A stretch of DNA of 64,000 nt from positions 192,001 to 256,000 of the forward strand of contig CAWBAN010000003.1 in NCBI GenBank assembly GCA_963786935.1, read 5' to 3'. Position 1 is the stretch's first letter, and each line of letters starts with the position of its first letter. Source of the stretch: an uncultured bacterium. GTDB taxonomy: Bacteria; Krumholzibacteriota; Krumholzibacteriia; Krumholzibacteriales; Krumholzibacteriaceae. Shown here piece by piece: positions 1 to 8,832 of this stretch. The position numbers and the translations under genes are program-made. Below the pieces are notes generated by a model. That model was not told where the DNA came from. It saw only the letters and a list, made by a program, of their open reading frames with translations, and ran no database searches.

Positions 1-2175
1 AACGCGCGGCGGCGCGTCGCCCCGCGCCATGTCGTCGACGGCGGACGGGACCCCGACGGCATTGAGGATCCGGAGCTTCCCCCATCCCCACGTGTCGTTG
101 TACACGCCACCCGTGAAGGCGTCCGTCGCCGCGTTCGACGTGAGGAGGAGGGCGACGTCCTTCATCGTCGCGAACGGGTACTTCTGCTGCACGAGCGCGC
201 ACGCGGCGGCCACGTGCGGCCCCGCTGCGCTCGTGCCGCTGAACTGGCGGTAGCTGCCGAGCGGATATCCGGCGCCCACCGAGGACATTGTCGAGTAGAC
301 GTCGTAGTTCCCCGGCGAGACGATGTCGAGGAGGTGCCTGCCGTCGATGCGCGTGCCGCGTCCGCTGAAGGCGCTGATCTGTCCCGGAGGGATCGTGCCT
401 CCCCCGACGCCGTTATAGCCCTCGAAGCCGCGGGTCGAATACGAGCCGTTCACGAAGGCGCCGTCGGCCGTCGCCGGCCACGTGACGTTCCGGTCGTTCG
501 AATAGAAGTTCAGGAACTCGGCGCCGCCGGCCCACGAGGACACGTCGTCGGCGACGTTGGCGATGACCTCGATCGACGCGCCCGACGTATTGACCACGTG
601 GAGTTCCCAGGTGCCGGTGAGGCTCGGATTCGTGTCGTAATCGACGTAGATATTCATCGCGTTCGTGCCCCGCGGGCTCGTCGACGCTTCCGACCAGACG
701 TAGTATCCGTTGACGAGCTGCGAGCCGCCTTCGAGCGTTATCATGCCGCCCTTCGGGCTCTTCAGGCGGAAGGTGAGGTCGGCGAGGGACGTGCGCCAGA
801 GCGTCGTGCCGTACATGCCGAGGATGCTTGTGCCGCCCACGATCGGCACCGTAATCTGCAGCACCGCCGAATCGGCCGCCGCCGCCGTTGCGATCGCGTG
901 CTTGCGGCCGCGGGCGAGGTTCCCCGAGGGGGTCACCTGAATGACCGTGTCGTTCATGGCCGTGATGAGCTCCTCGTCGAGCGAGGAGCCGTCGAGATAA
1001 TCCCACACGAAGCCGCCGAACTCGTAGAGCATGACGTTCGCGCCGCGCGAGCGCGCCCAAGGAATGAGCGCTGAGATCGGATTGCCCGAGAAGTAGTATC
1101 CCATGAGGATCTCGGCTTCGGGGGCGATCCCCGTGAACCGGTGACGGCCGACCGTCCCGCCGGCGAGGATGCCGGAGACCGCGGTGCCGTGCCCGTTCGT
1201 GTCGGATTCGTTGTTGATGAGATCGACGCCGCGCCGGCGTTCGACCGCGCCCGTCGTCATCGTCGCGTAGATTTTCGAGGTCCCGAGCGCGACGAGCTTC
1301 TCGCCGTAATCGAGCACCCCGTCGCCGTCGTCGTCGAGCGCGATGAACAACCGCTCGCCGTACGTCGGGGTGCTCTCCGTGAAGCCGGCGGCCGTGCCGT
1401 AGTCGCGCTTGGAGTCTTGATCGGCGTCGTTGTAGAGCCAATCCCAGTACGTCTGGCAGCCGTTGCCCGAGTTGCTCGGATAGCCGGTGCCCCAGACGAG
1501 CGCCGGATCGTATATCCACCCGTCGAAGTGCTGCAGTTTCTCGTTCGGATCGGCGACGTCGTTCCGGTTGAGGTCGACGCAGTCGATGCCCGGCGAGTAC
1601 GTGAGGTCCATATCGTAATCGATCCAGCTGAACGTGTCGCCGTCGGCGCGGAAGAAGGAAGGATGAAAAACGTCGATGCCGGTGTCGAAATCGGAGATGC
1701 GCATTCCTGTGCCGGTGAGGGGATTCCCGAGGGGATCGATTTCGCGCCACGCCGAATCCGCCTCGATCTCGTGGGCGCTCACGTCGAGCGCCGGAAAGAC
1801 GGCCGGTCTCCACGCCGCTTCCATTCTCATAAGATCGGGGCGCGCGGCGACGGCGTCGATGCCGTCCCAGGGGACGCTCGCCGCGTACACGGGCCCCGTG
1901 TGGGCGACCGCGCCGTCGATTCTGAAGAAGGACGTCCCCCGCGTTTCGAGCGCCGCGATTTCGGCGCCGGAGAGGACGTGGTCGAATTTCATGGTGACGG
2001 AAGCCCTCTCGGCCGCCGCCGCGGCGAGCGCGGACCTCCGGCCGTCCTCCTTCGCGAGCCCCGCGGCCCTCGCGTGACGCAGGAACTTCAGAGACGTATT
2101 GAGCTTGGAGTCTTCCGCGTGGAGAGCATTCGCGAGAAGGATGATGGAGAGGAGCGCGACGGCCAGATTCCGCAT
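1..2175 (-). CDS. Secreted S8 (subtilisin-like) serine peptidase, 3' end runs off the window
   Basis: Absent from the ORF track; translated by hand from ATG at 2175 (MRNLAVALLSIILLANALHA signal peptide). Catalytic motifs DFDTGID, HGTAVSGILAG and FSGTSAAGPHVAAA, plus WGWGKL near the end. Confidence 0.92.
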   Translation of the reverse strand, partial: MRNLAVALLSIILLANALHAEDSKLNTSLKFLRHARAAGLAKEDGRRSALAAAAAERASVTMKFDHVLSGAEIAALETRGTSFFRIDGAVAHTGPVYAASVPWDGIDAVAARPDLMRMEAAWRPAVFPALDVSAHEIEADSAWREIDPLGNPLTGTGMRISDFDTGIDVFHPSFFRADGDTFSWIDYDMDLTYSPGIDCVDLNRNDVADPNEKLQHFDGWIYDPALVWGTGYPSNSGNGCQTYWDWLYNDADQDSKRDYGTAAGFTESTPTYGERLFIALDDDGDGVLDYGEKLVALGTSKIYATMTTGAVERRRGVDLINNESDTNGHGTAVSGILAGGTVGRHRFTGIAPEAEILMGYYFSGNPISALIPWARSRGANVMLYEFGGFVWDYLDGSSLDEELITAMNDTVIQVTPSGNLARGRKHAIATAAAADSAVLQITVPIVGGTSILGMYGTTLWRTSLADLTFRLKSPKGGMITLEGGSQLVNGYYVWSEASTSPRGTNAMNIYVDYDTNPSLTGTWELHVVNTSGASIEVIANVADDVSSWAGGAEFLNFYSNDRNVTWPATADGAFVNGSYSTRGFEGYNGVGGGTIPPGQISAFSGRGTRIDGRHLLDIVSPGNYDVYSTMSSVGAGYPLGSYRQFSGTSAAGPHVAAACALVQQKYPFATMKDVALLLTSNAATDAFTGGVYNDTWGWGKLRILNAVGVPSAVDDMARGDAPPRV

Positions 2176-2296
2176 GAGCCTCACAGGATCCCCCTTTTTC
2201 ATTCCGGCTTCTGCGACCGAATTAAATATGATATTATCTCGATTAATTATACTAGATTCCGGGCGTTTTCGTAAGTTCGAAAAGGAGGGGATCGCG

Positions 2297-2908
2297 ATGA
2301 AGGTCAACGTAATATTCTACAGCCTGTACGGCCACATCTACCTGCTCGCGGAGGCGATCGCCGAAGGGGCGCGCGAGGCGCAGGGCGCCGATGTGGCGCT
2401 CTATCAGGTGAGCGAGACCTTCTCCGCGGAGGTGCTGGCGAAGATGGGCGCGGTCGAAGCGAAGAAGGCGTTCGCGCACGTTCCGATCGCCGAAATGCGG
2501 AATCTCGCGGAGGCCGATTGTATCTTCTTCGGCGCGCCGACGCGCTTCGGAATGATGCCGGCGCAGATGCGGGCGTTTCTCGACCAAACCGGCGGGCTCT
2601 GGTCGAAGAACGCTCTCGTCGGCAAGGTGGGGAGCGTGTTCACGTCGAGCGCGACGCAGCACGGCGGCCAGGAGTCGACGATCCTCAGCTTTCACACGAC
2701 GCTTCTCCATCACGGGATGGTCATCGTCGGCTGCCCGTACTCGGAGAAGCGGCTCTCGGATGTCGGCGAGATGAGCGGCGGCACGCCCTACGGCGCCTCG
2801 ACGATCGCGGGGCCGGGCGGGAGCAGGCTGCCCTCCGAGAACGAGCTCGCCATCGCCCGCTATCAGGGCAGGTTCGCCGCGTCGATCGCGGCGAAGCTCG
2901 CGGGGTAA
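2297..2908 (+). CDS. wrbA: NAD(P)H:quinone oxidoreductase, WrbA family flavodoxin
   Basis: FYSLYGH, GAPTRFG, STQHGGQE-like and GGTPYGAS motifs; AAGGAGG before ATG at 2297. Confidence 0.95.
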   Translation: MKVNVIFYSLYGHIYLLAEAIAEGAREAQGADVALYQVSETFSAEVLAKMGAVEAKKAFAHVPIAEMRNLAEADCIFFGAPTRFGMMPAQMRAFLDQTGGLWSKNALVGKVGSVFTSSATQHGGQESTILSFHTTLLHHGMVIVGCPYSEKRLSDVGEMSGGTPYGASTIAGPGGSRLPSENELAIARYQGRFAASIAAKLAG

Positions 2909-2909
2909 A

Positions 2910-4433
2910 TCAGCCCAGCTCCCCGATCTCTTTCTCCACCTCGTCGAGGATCTCGCACGACTTCACGAGCTCTTTCATGCGGGTGTGATCCGGGTAGAGG
3001 GGACGGTCGATGTCGAGGAACTTCACGTAGCGCCGGATGACCTCTTTCGCCTTCGCCGTGCCGCGGCCGGGCTTGAACTCCCTGAAATCGAGCGCCTGCG
3101 CCGCCGCCATGAACTCGATCCCGAGGATGCCGTAGGCGTTGTCGAGAATCTGGAAGTTCTTGATCGCCGTGTTCATGCCCATCGAGACGAAATCCTCCTG
3201 ATCCGCCGCGGCCGGGATCGACTGGATCGAGGCCGGCGCCGAGAGGATCCGCTGCTCGACGATCTGCATGTCGGCGGTGTACTGGCTCAGCATGAGTCCG
3301 GAGAACATGCCGGCCCCCTTCGTGAGGAAGGCGGGGAGCCCGACGCTGAGGGCGGGATTGTTGAGCCGGTTCATCCGTCGCTCGCTCATGACGCTCACCA
3401 TCGTGACGGCGGCGCCGATCATGTCCATCGGGAGGCTCACCGGCGAGCCCTGGAAGTTCGCGCCGGAGATGGTGAGGTTCTTCTCCGCGAAAAAGATCGG
3501 ATTGTCGCCGACGCCGTTGAGCTCGATCTCGACCTGCGACCGGGCCCACGCGACGGCGTCGTGGGCCGCGCCGATCACCTGCGGCGTCGAGCGCATCGAG
3601 TAGGCGTCCTGCACCTTCGTCTTCGCCTTGCCCAGAACGACGTCCCCGCCGTCGACGACCTTCAGGATCGATTTCGCCGAGCGGATGGCGCCGGGGAAGC
3701 CGCGCACCTCGTGGAGGAGCGGCGTGTAGGGCTTCATGTTCGCGATGAGCGCTTCGAGCGTCATCCCCGCGGCGATCTCCGCCTGCTTGAGCCAGCGGTT
3801 CGTGTCGTAGAGCATGAGGCCGCTCATGGCGGTGAGGAGGTTCGAGCCGTTGATCGCGGCGAGGCCGTCGCGCGCCTCGAGCCCGGGGATCTTGATCCCC
3901 GCGCGGCGCATCGCCTCGGCGCCCTCGAGGAGCTCGCCGTTATAGTACGCTCGTCCCTCCCCGAGGAGGAGGAGCGCGATCTGGGACATCGGGGCGAGGT
4001 CCCCCGAGGCGCCGACCGAGCCCTTCTGGCAGACGAACGGGACGACACCCTTGTTGAGCATTTCCGCGTACGTGAGCGCGATCTCGGGGCGGTTTCCCGA
4101 GCGCCCCTTCGAAAGAACGTTGATGCGCCCGGCCATCGCGGCGCGCACGTACTCGAGCGGGGCGGGATCGCCGATCCCGGCCGCGTGGTTGTATATGAGA
4201 TATCTCTGGAAATCCTTGATCTGGTCGTCGTTCAGGACGACCTCGGAGAATTCGCCGATGCCCGTGTTCACGCCGTACATGATCTCATGCGCGACGATCT
4301 TCTTCTCGAGCATGGCTCGGCAGGTCTTCATGCGCTCGATCGCCTCGGGGGCGATCTCCACCTTCTCGCCGTGTCGAGCGATCCGTACGAGCTTCTCGAT
4401 GGTGAGCCCGGTGCCGTCGAGGATGATAGCCAA
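2910..4433 (-). CDS. MIO-dependent aromatic amino acid ammonia-lyase (histidine ammonia-lyase-like)
   Basis: YGVNTGIG, GSVGASGDLAP (MIO tripeptide ASG), QDAYSMRSTPQVIG, DNP and QEDFVSMG motifs. Confidence 0.9.
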   Translation of the reverse strand: MAIILDGTGLTIEKLVRIARHGEKVEIAPEAIERMKTCRAMLEKKIVAHEIMYGVNTGIGEFSEVVLNDDQIKDFQRYLIYNHAAGIGDPAPLEYVRAAMAGRINVLSKGRSGNRPEIALTYAEMLNKGVVPFVCQKGSVGASGDLAPMSQIALLLLGEGRAYYNGELLEGAEAMRRAGIKIPGLEARDGLAAINGSNLLTAMSGLMLYDTNRWLKQAEIAAGMTLEALIANMKPYTPLLHEVRGFPGAIRSAKSILKVVDGGDVVLGKAKTKVQDAYSMRSTPQVIGAAHDAVAWARSQVEIELNGVGDNPIFFAEKNLTISGANFQGSPVSLPMDMIGAAVTMVSVMSERRMNRLNNPALSVGLPAFLTKGAGMFSGLMLSQYTADMQIVEQRILSAPASIQSIPAAADQEDFVSMGMNTAIKNFQILDNAYGILGIEFMAAAQALDFREFKPGRGTAKAKEVIRRYVKFLDIDRPLYPDHTRMKELVKSCEILDEVEKEIGELG

Positions 4434-4625
4434 TGCGACCTCCCTGATAATCGGTGATCAATCGGGCATGTGCGAATGCCCGGCGCGTAAAATTGATACT
4501 ACTAGATATGCAATATTTGCCCGGCGCTGTCCACAAGAAAGGAGGCGTCGATATCATAATACATTGTATTATAAATAGTTATATAATGGCTCTCTCGGGG
4601 AAGGGATGGGAGGGAGGAGGGAACG

Positions 4626-5942
4626 TCAATGCTCCATATCGGGGCCGCTGCAGAATCCGCCGACGCAGCGGACGCTTGCCGGCGGCATCACGAACATGCA
4701 GTCCGAGATGACGTTGTAGCGCCGGTTGAATCCCTCGTTGAACGCGTTGTATCTGCTCACGAGATACTTGAGGAGCTCCTCGTCGACCGTCGAGGCCGAG
4801 TAGACGAGATATTCCCAGACCCCGCCGCACGGCTTGGCGCCGAGCCCGATGTACCGGCAGTCGCCGTCCTCGCCGCATGAAGCGGTCCCGATGAGCGAGA
4901 GGATGTTTTTCCGCATGGCGTCGAGCTTCGAGCGGTCCTCCTCCATCGTGCCCTGGTATCCCCAGGGGTAGTGCGGCCGGTACGCGCAGGCGAATCCCTG
5001 GGGAAGGGCGGCGATGTCCGCGGAAAATTGCAGCAGCTCGTCCCCCGGGGGCACGTAGAGCTCGACGAAGCGGATCGTGTAGGCGCCCGGTTCGAGATTC
5101 CTGATCTCGAAATCGAGGGTGTAGAGACAGCTGCAATCGCACATCGATTGCGACTCACGCTCGACGATCGTGATGGTGTCGTTTTGGATCCGGATATCCG
5201 CGGTGATCGAGCCGGGGCAGCAGTTGAAGGCCGCGTTCGCATGCGAGAGGCGAAGGATGCTCTCTGTGCCCGAGTACGCCCATGCGGCGCACGACATGTC
5301 GCCGGGGACGGGGGGCGCCGCCGCCGCCGCTGCCTGAGAGTTGCAGTCGGAGCGGGAGACGAGGACTCCGTACGGCTCCGCGCCGCTTCCTCCCGAGCTC
5401 CAGGGGTACGTCGTTCGTTCGACGCAGAATTCCCCGGAGGGGGAGGCGGACAGATCGATCGTCGCGATGAGCGGTTCGTCGCCGCCGTTTCTATACGGTT
5501 CGACGAAAACGATCGTATACGTTCCGGCCTCGATGCTCTCGAAGCGATAGTCGAGGTCGTAGAGGCACAGGCAGTGGCAGCCCGGCTGCGATTCGCGCTC
5601 GACGATCGTGATCGTGTCGTTCTGGATCCGGATATCCGCGGTGATATCTCCGGGGCAGCAGTTCAAAGCCGCGTTGATGTGCCGGAGGGAGAGCGTATGC
5701 CCGTCCTCGAGCCGGTAGCTGAAGCAATCGGGGGACGGGGATCGCGTCGAGCCGACAGGCGCCCGGTACGCCTTGCAGCCGGATTGGCTCACGAGCGCTG
5801 CCGTCGGCGTCAGCGTCCCCCCCGGTTTCGTCGGCGTTTCCTTGTCGCAGGCGGGGATGAAGACTGACAGCGAGACTGCGGCGCACACGATCGCCGCGGC
5901 GGCTATGGAAGCATATCGATTATAAAGGAATTTGCCGAGCAT
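4626..5942 (-). CDS. Cys-rich putative lipoprotein with an internally duplicated ~140-aa domain
   Basis: Hydrophobic leader ending IPAC; two copies of H-x-NAA-x-NCCPG-x-ITADIRIQNDTITIVERESQ-xx-C-x-C-x-CLY; C-terminal GAKPCGG domain. Confidence 0.75.
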   Translation of the reverse strand: MLGKFLYNRYASIAAAAIVCAAVSLSVFIPACDKETPTKPGGTLTPTAALVSQSGCKAYRAPVGSTRSPSPDCFSYRLEDGHTLSLRHINAALNCCPGDITADIRIQNDTITIVERESQPGCHCLCLYDLDYRFESIEAGTYTIVFVEPYRNGGDEPLIATIDLSASPSGEFCVERTTYPWSSGGSGAEPYGVLVSRSDCNSQAAAAAAPPVPGDMSCAAWAYSGTESILRLSHANAAFNCCPGSITADIRIQNDTITIVERESQSMCDCSCLYTLDFEIRNLEPGAYTIRFVELYVPPGDELLQFSADIAALPQGFACAYRPHYPWGYQGTMEEDRSKLDAMRKNILSLIGTASCGEDGDCRYIGLGAKPCGGVWEYLVYSASTVDEELLKYLVSRYNAFNEGFNRRYNVISDCMFVMPPASVRCVGGFCSGPDMEH

Positions 5943-6097
5943 ACCGCGTCCCTCGATGGATATCGCTCTCTTATGTAAGATACTTGGATTTCGTCCGCGC
6001 GTCAATGGCGGCAGAGAAGGGTGTTTATGCGCGCGCCTGCCGCGCTTGTGGTATAATGATTGGGAATTCCACATCCATGGAAATCGACGGAGGCCGC

Positions 6098-7762
6098 ATG
6101 AAATCATTTGGCGCGATTTTCTTTGCCGGCTTGCTCCTTCTTGCGAGTGCCGCGAAAGTGGCCGCGGGCTGGACCGACGGGGGCGTTTCGATCTGCAACA
6201 GCGCCCGCGAGCAGCGCAATCCGGTGGCTGTTCCCGATGGAGCGGGCGGCGTCATTATCGCCTGGGAGGACAATCGCGGCTACTTCAGCTGGGATCTCTA
6301 TGCGCAGCGAGTATCGTCCACCGGCGAAACGCTTTGGGCCGTGAACGGCGTTCCTGTATGTATCGCGAGCCTCGACCAGATCGATGCCCGGATCATGACC
6401 GACGGATCGGGCGGGGCATTCATCGCGTGGACCGACTACCGGAACGGCACCAACAACCGCGACGTCTATATACAGCGGCTCTCGTCCGAGGGGGAGCCGT
6501 TGTGGGCGGCGGACGGCGTCGCCGTGTGCGCGGAAGCGGGACACCAATACGCCTCGGAGATCGCCACGGACGACTCCAGCGGGGTCATCGCGGCGTGGCT
6601 GGATACCCGAGGTACCAACGACGATATCTATGCCCAAAGGATCTCGGGAACCGGCGAGATACTCTGGGACTCGGCCGGGGTTTTCATTGCGGGGGGAAAC
6701 AACGCGAGACTGCAAATTCTCGCGGACGGGTCGGGAGGGGCGATCATCGTCAGGGAGGAAGCGGACCTATACGCCCAGCGAGTTTCGAGAAGCGGTATCG
6801 TTCAATGGAAGGCGAACGGCATCACCGTGTGCAGCGCGGGCGGGAATCAGAGCCGGCCCCAGCTCGTCTCCGACGGCGCCGGAGGCGCGATCATCGACTG
6901 GATGGATTTTCGCGCCTTCGCGTGGGACATCTTCGCGCAGAGGATATCGGCTTCGGGAGAGGTGCTGTGGGTTCCGAACAATGGGATCGTCATCTGCGCC
7001 GCCGAAAATGACCAGACCGTTCCCCGGCTCGTCTCCGACGGCGCCGGAGGCGCGATCATCGCGTGGATGGACGCCCGAGCCGGCGATCTGGATGTATATG
7101 CGGCGCGGGTAAGCGGGGGAGGCGTGCGTATCTGGCCGGGACAGGTTGTCCCGATCTGCACGGCGCCGCTCGCTCAGCAGACCGTGGAGATCGCTCCCGA
7201 CGGAGCCGGAGGCGCCATCATCGGATGGACCGATGGCCGCGCCGGAGTCAACGACATCTACTGTCAACGGATATCCGCTGCGGGGACCGCCCTCTGGACC
7301 ATTGACGGAGTACCGGTGTGCGCCGAGTCCGGCGACCAGGACGAGCCCAAGATTGTCTCGGACGGCTACGGCGGCGCGATCGCCGCATGGAGAGACGCAC
7401 GGATCAGCCCGCCCGATATCTATGCACAGAAGATACGCTTCAACGGCGCCATAACGGCGGTCGGGGAGAATCGAATCCCTGCGATCCGTGCCGAGCTTCT
7501 TCCGCTCTCGCCCAATCCATTCGGCGGAGAGCTGCATATTGACTTCATCGTCGATGCGCCGGGCGATGCGGCAGTGAAGGTGTTCGACGTGAATGGAAGG
7601 CTCGTCCGCGATTTGGGTTGTCCGCGATTCCCGGTGGGGAGGCAATCGCTTCTCTGGGACTGCCGGGATCGCTCCGGCCGCCGCGTGCGAAGCGGGATCT
7701 ATTTCATTCGACTGGAGACCGCGGCGGGCGCGATCGCGCGAAAAGCCGTCATGCTCGAATAA
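6098..7762 (+). CDS. Secreted repeat (beta-propeller-like) protein with C-terminal FlgD-Ig/T9SS-like domain
   Basis: Signal peptide; about 8 repeats of DGxGGAIIAWxD...DIYAQR; C-terminal PNPF...FDVNGRLVR...WD...SGIYFIRL. Confidence 0.85.
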   Translation: MKSFGAIFFAGLLLLASAAKVAAGWTDGGVSICNSAREQRNPVAVPDGAGGVIIAWEDNRGYFSWDLYAQRVSSTGETLWAVNGVPVCIASLDQIDARIMTDGSGGAFIAWTDYRNGTNNRDVYIQRLSSEGEPLWAADGVAVCAEAGHQYASEIATDDSSGVIAAWLDTRGTNDDIYAQRISGTGEILWDSAGVFIAGGNNARLQILADGSGGAIIVREEADLYAQRVSRSGIVQWKANGITVCSAGGNQSRPQLVSDGAGGAIIDWMDFRAFAWDIFAQRISASGEVLWVPNNGIVICAAENDQTVPRLVSDGAGGAIIAWMDARAGDLDVYAARVSGGGVRIWPGQVVPICTAPLAQQTVEIAPDGAGGAIIGWTDGRAGVNDIYCQRISAAGTALWTIDGVPVCAESGDQDEPKIVSDGYGGAIAAWRDARISPPDIYAQKIRFNGAITAVGENRIPAIRAELLPLSPNPFGGELHIDFIVDAPGDAAVKVFDVNGRLVRDLGCPRFPVGRQSLLWDCRDRSGRRVRSGIYFIRLETAAGAIARKAVMLE

Positions 7763-7765
7763 TCG

Positions 7766-8641
7766 CTAAAGCCCCCGCATCCATTCGTCCCTGAGGCAGA
7801 TCTCGGGATTGGCGAGCGCCGCGTCGATCTCCGCGAGGAGCCGCGCCTTGTCGCCGAGGAGCGTGCCGGCGAGGGCGAGGTAGTTCGACGCGTGGTTGCT
7901 CCGGAAGATGCACTTGTCCGTCTCGAGGCCGGCCACGAGCTCGCGGAGCTCGACGACGTCATCGAGCGGCGAGGTGAACTCGAAGCCGGGTCCCATCGCG
8001 GCGCGGTATTCGGCCTCGTACGGCCCGAGCATGAGCGTGAGCGCCGAGAGATACCGGGGCTGGATGCGGTTCATGAGCGCCGCCGTGTTGCGCGCGTGCC
8101 GCAGGCTCAGCGCCTTTCCGCCGAGGCCGAGAATGACCGTGATCGAGAGCTTGAGCCCCGCCTCCGTCGCGCGACGGCAGCCCTCGGCCATCTCGTCGGG
8201 AGTGGCGCCCTTGCGGATTTTCACGAGGAGCTCCGGATCCCCCGTCTCGACGCCGTAGTAGAGGACCGTGAGTCCTTTCTCCCGAAGCAGCCGCATTTCC
8301 TCCACCGATTTCTTGAGGAGATTTCCCGGCGTCGCGTACGCCGTTACTCGCTGGAGCTGCGGGAACGACGCGTACAGATGCGCGAGGATGCGCTCGAGGG
8401 ACTTGACCGGCAGGACGAAGGCGTCGCCGTCGGCGAGAAAGACGCGCCGCACGTGCGGAACGAGCCCCGCCGCCTCGTCGATCTCCTCCTTGACCTCTTC
8501 CCACGGCTTCACGCGGAATTTCTTGTCGCGGTACATGTAGCAGAAGAGGCAGCCGTTGTGCGAGCAGCTCTCCGTCACCTGGAAGATGAGGGAGGCCGAT
8601 TCGCTCGGGGGACGGTAGACGGGCTCTCGGTACTTCGGCAT
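7766..8641 (-). CDS. Radical SAM protein
   Basis: YRPPSE followed by CSHNGCLFC (CxxxCxxC), FLADGDA, GVETG and FRSNHASNYL. Confidence 0.9.
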   Translation of the reverse strand: MPKYREPVYRPPSESASLIFQVTESCSHNGCLFCYMYRDKKFRVKPWEEVKEEIDEAAGLVPHVRRVFLADGDAFVLPVKSLERILAHLYASFPQLQRVTAYATPGNLLKKSVEEMRLLREKGLTVLYYGVETGDPELLVKIRKGATPDEMAEGCRRATEAGLKLSITVILGLGGKALSLRHARNTAALMNRIQPRYLSALTLMLGPYEAEYRAAMGPGFEFTSPLDDVVELRELVAGLETDKCIFRSNHASNYLALAGTLLGDKARLLAEIDAALANPEICLRDEWMRGL

Positions 8642-8832
8642 GTCGTATTTCCTCGATGTTCGGCGCCCGGCGCGTGGCGCTCGAAGCGGCGCGTGCTCGA
8701 TCGCCGGCGATATCGCGTGCGGCATTGTAATCGAGCGGCGGAGGCATTTCAAGTTGAAAGCCCCATCGGAAGGCGCTACATTCAACGGGAACATTCGTAT
8801 GCATCGGCGGCGGGATTCGGAATGACGGGAAG

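Noticed and set aside
214..2274. Plus-strand and off-frame ORFs listed over the first 2.2 kb, and the many Arg/Ala/Pro-rich shadow ORFs throughout
   Set aside because: Antisense or off-frame artefacts of high GC; the real gene here is the minus-strand subtilase.
6098..7762. CRISPR-like regularly spaced repeats
   Set aside because: These are degenerate coding repeats (GACGGCGCCGGAGGCGCGATCATC) of a beta-propeller protein; no cas genes.
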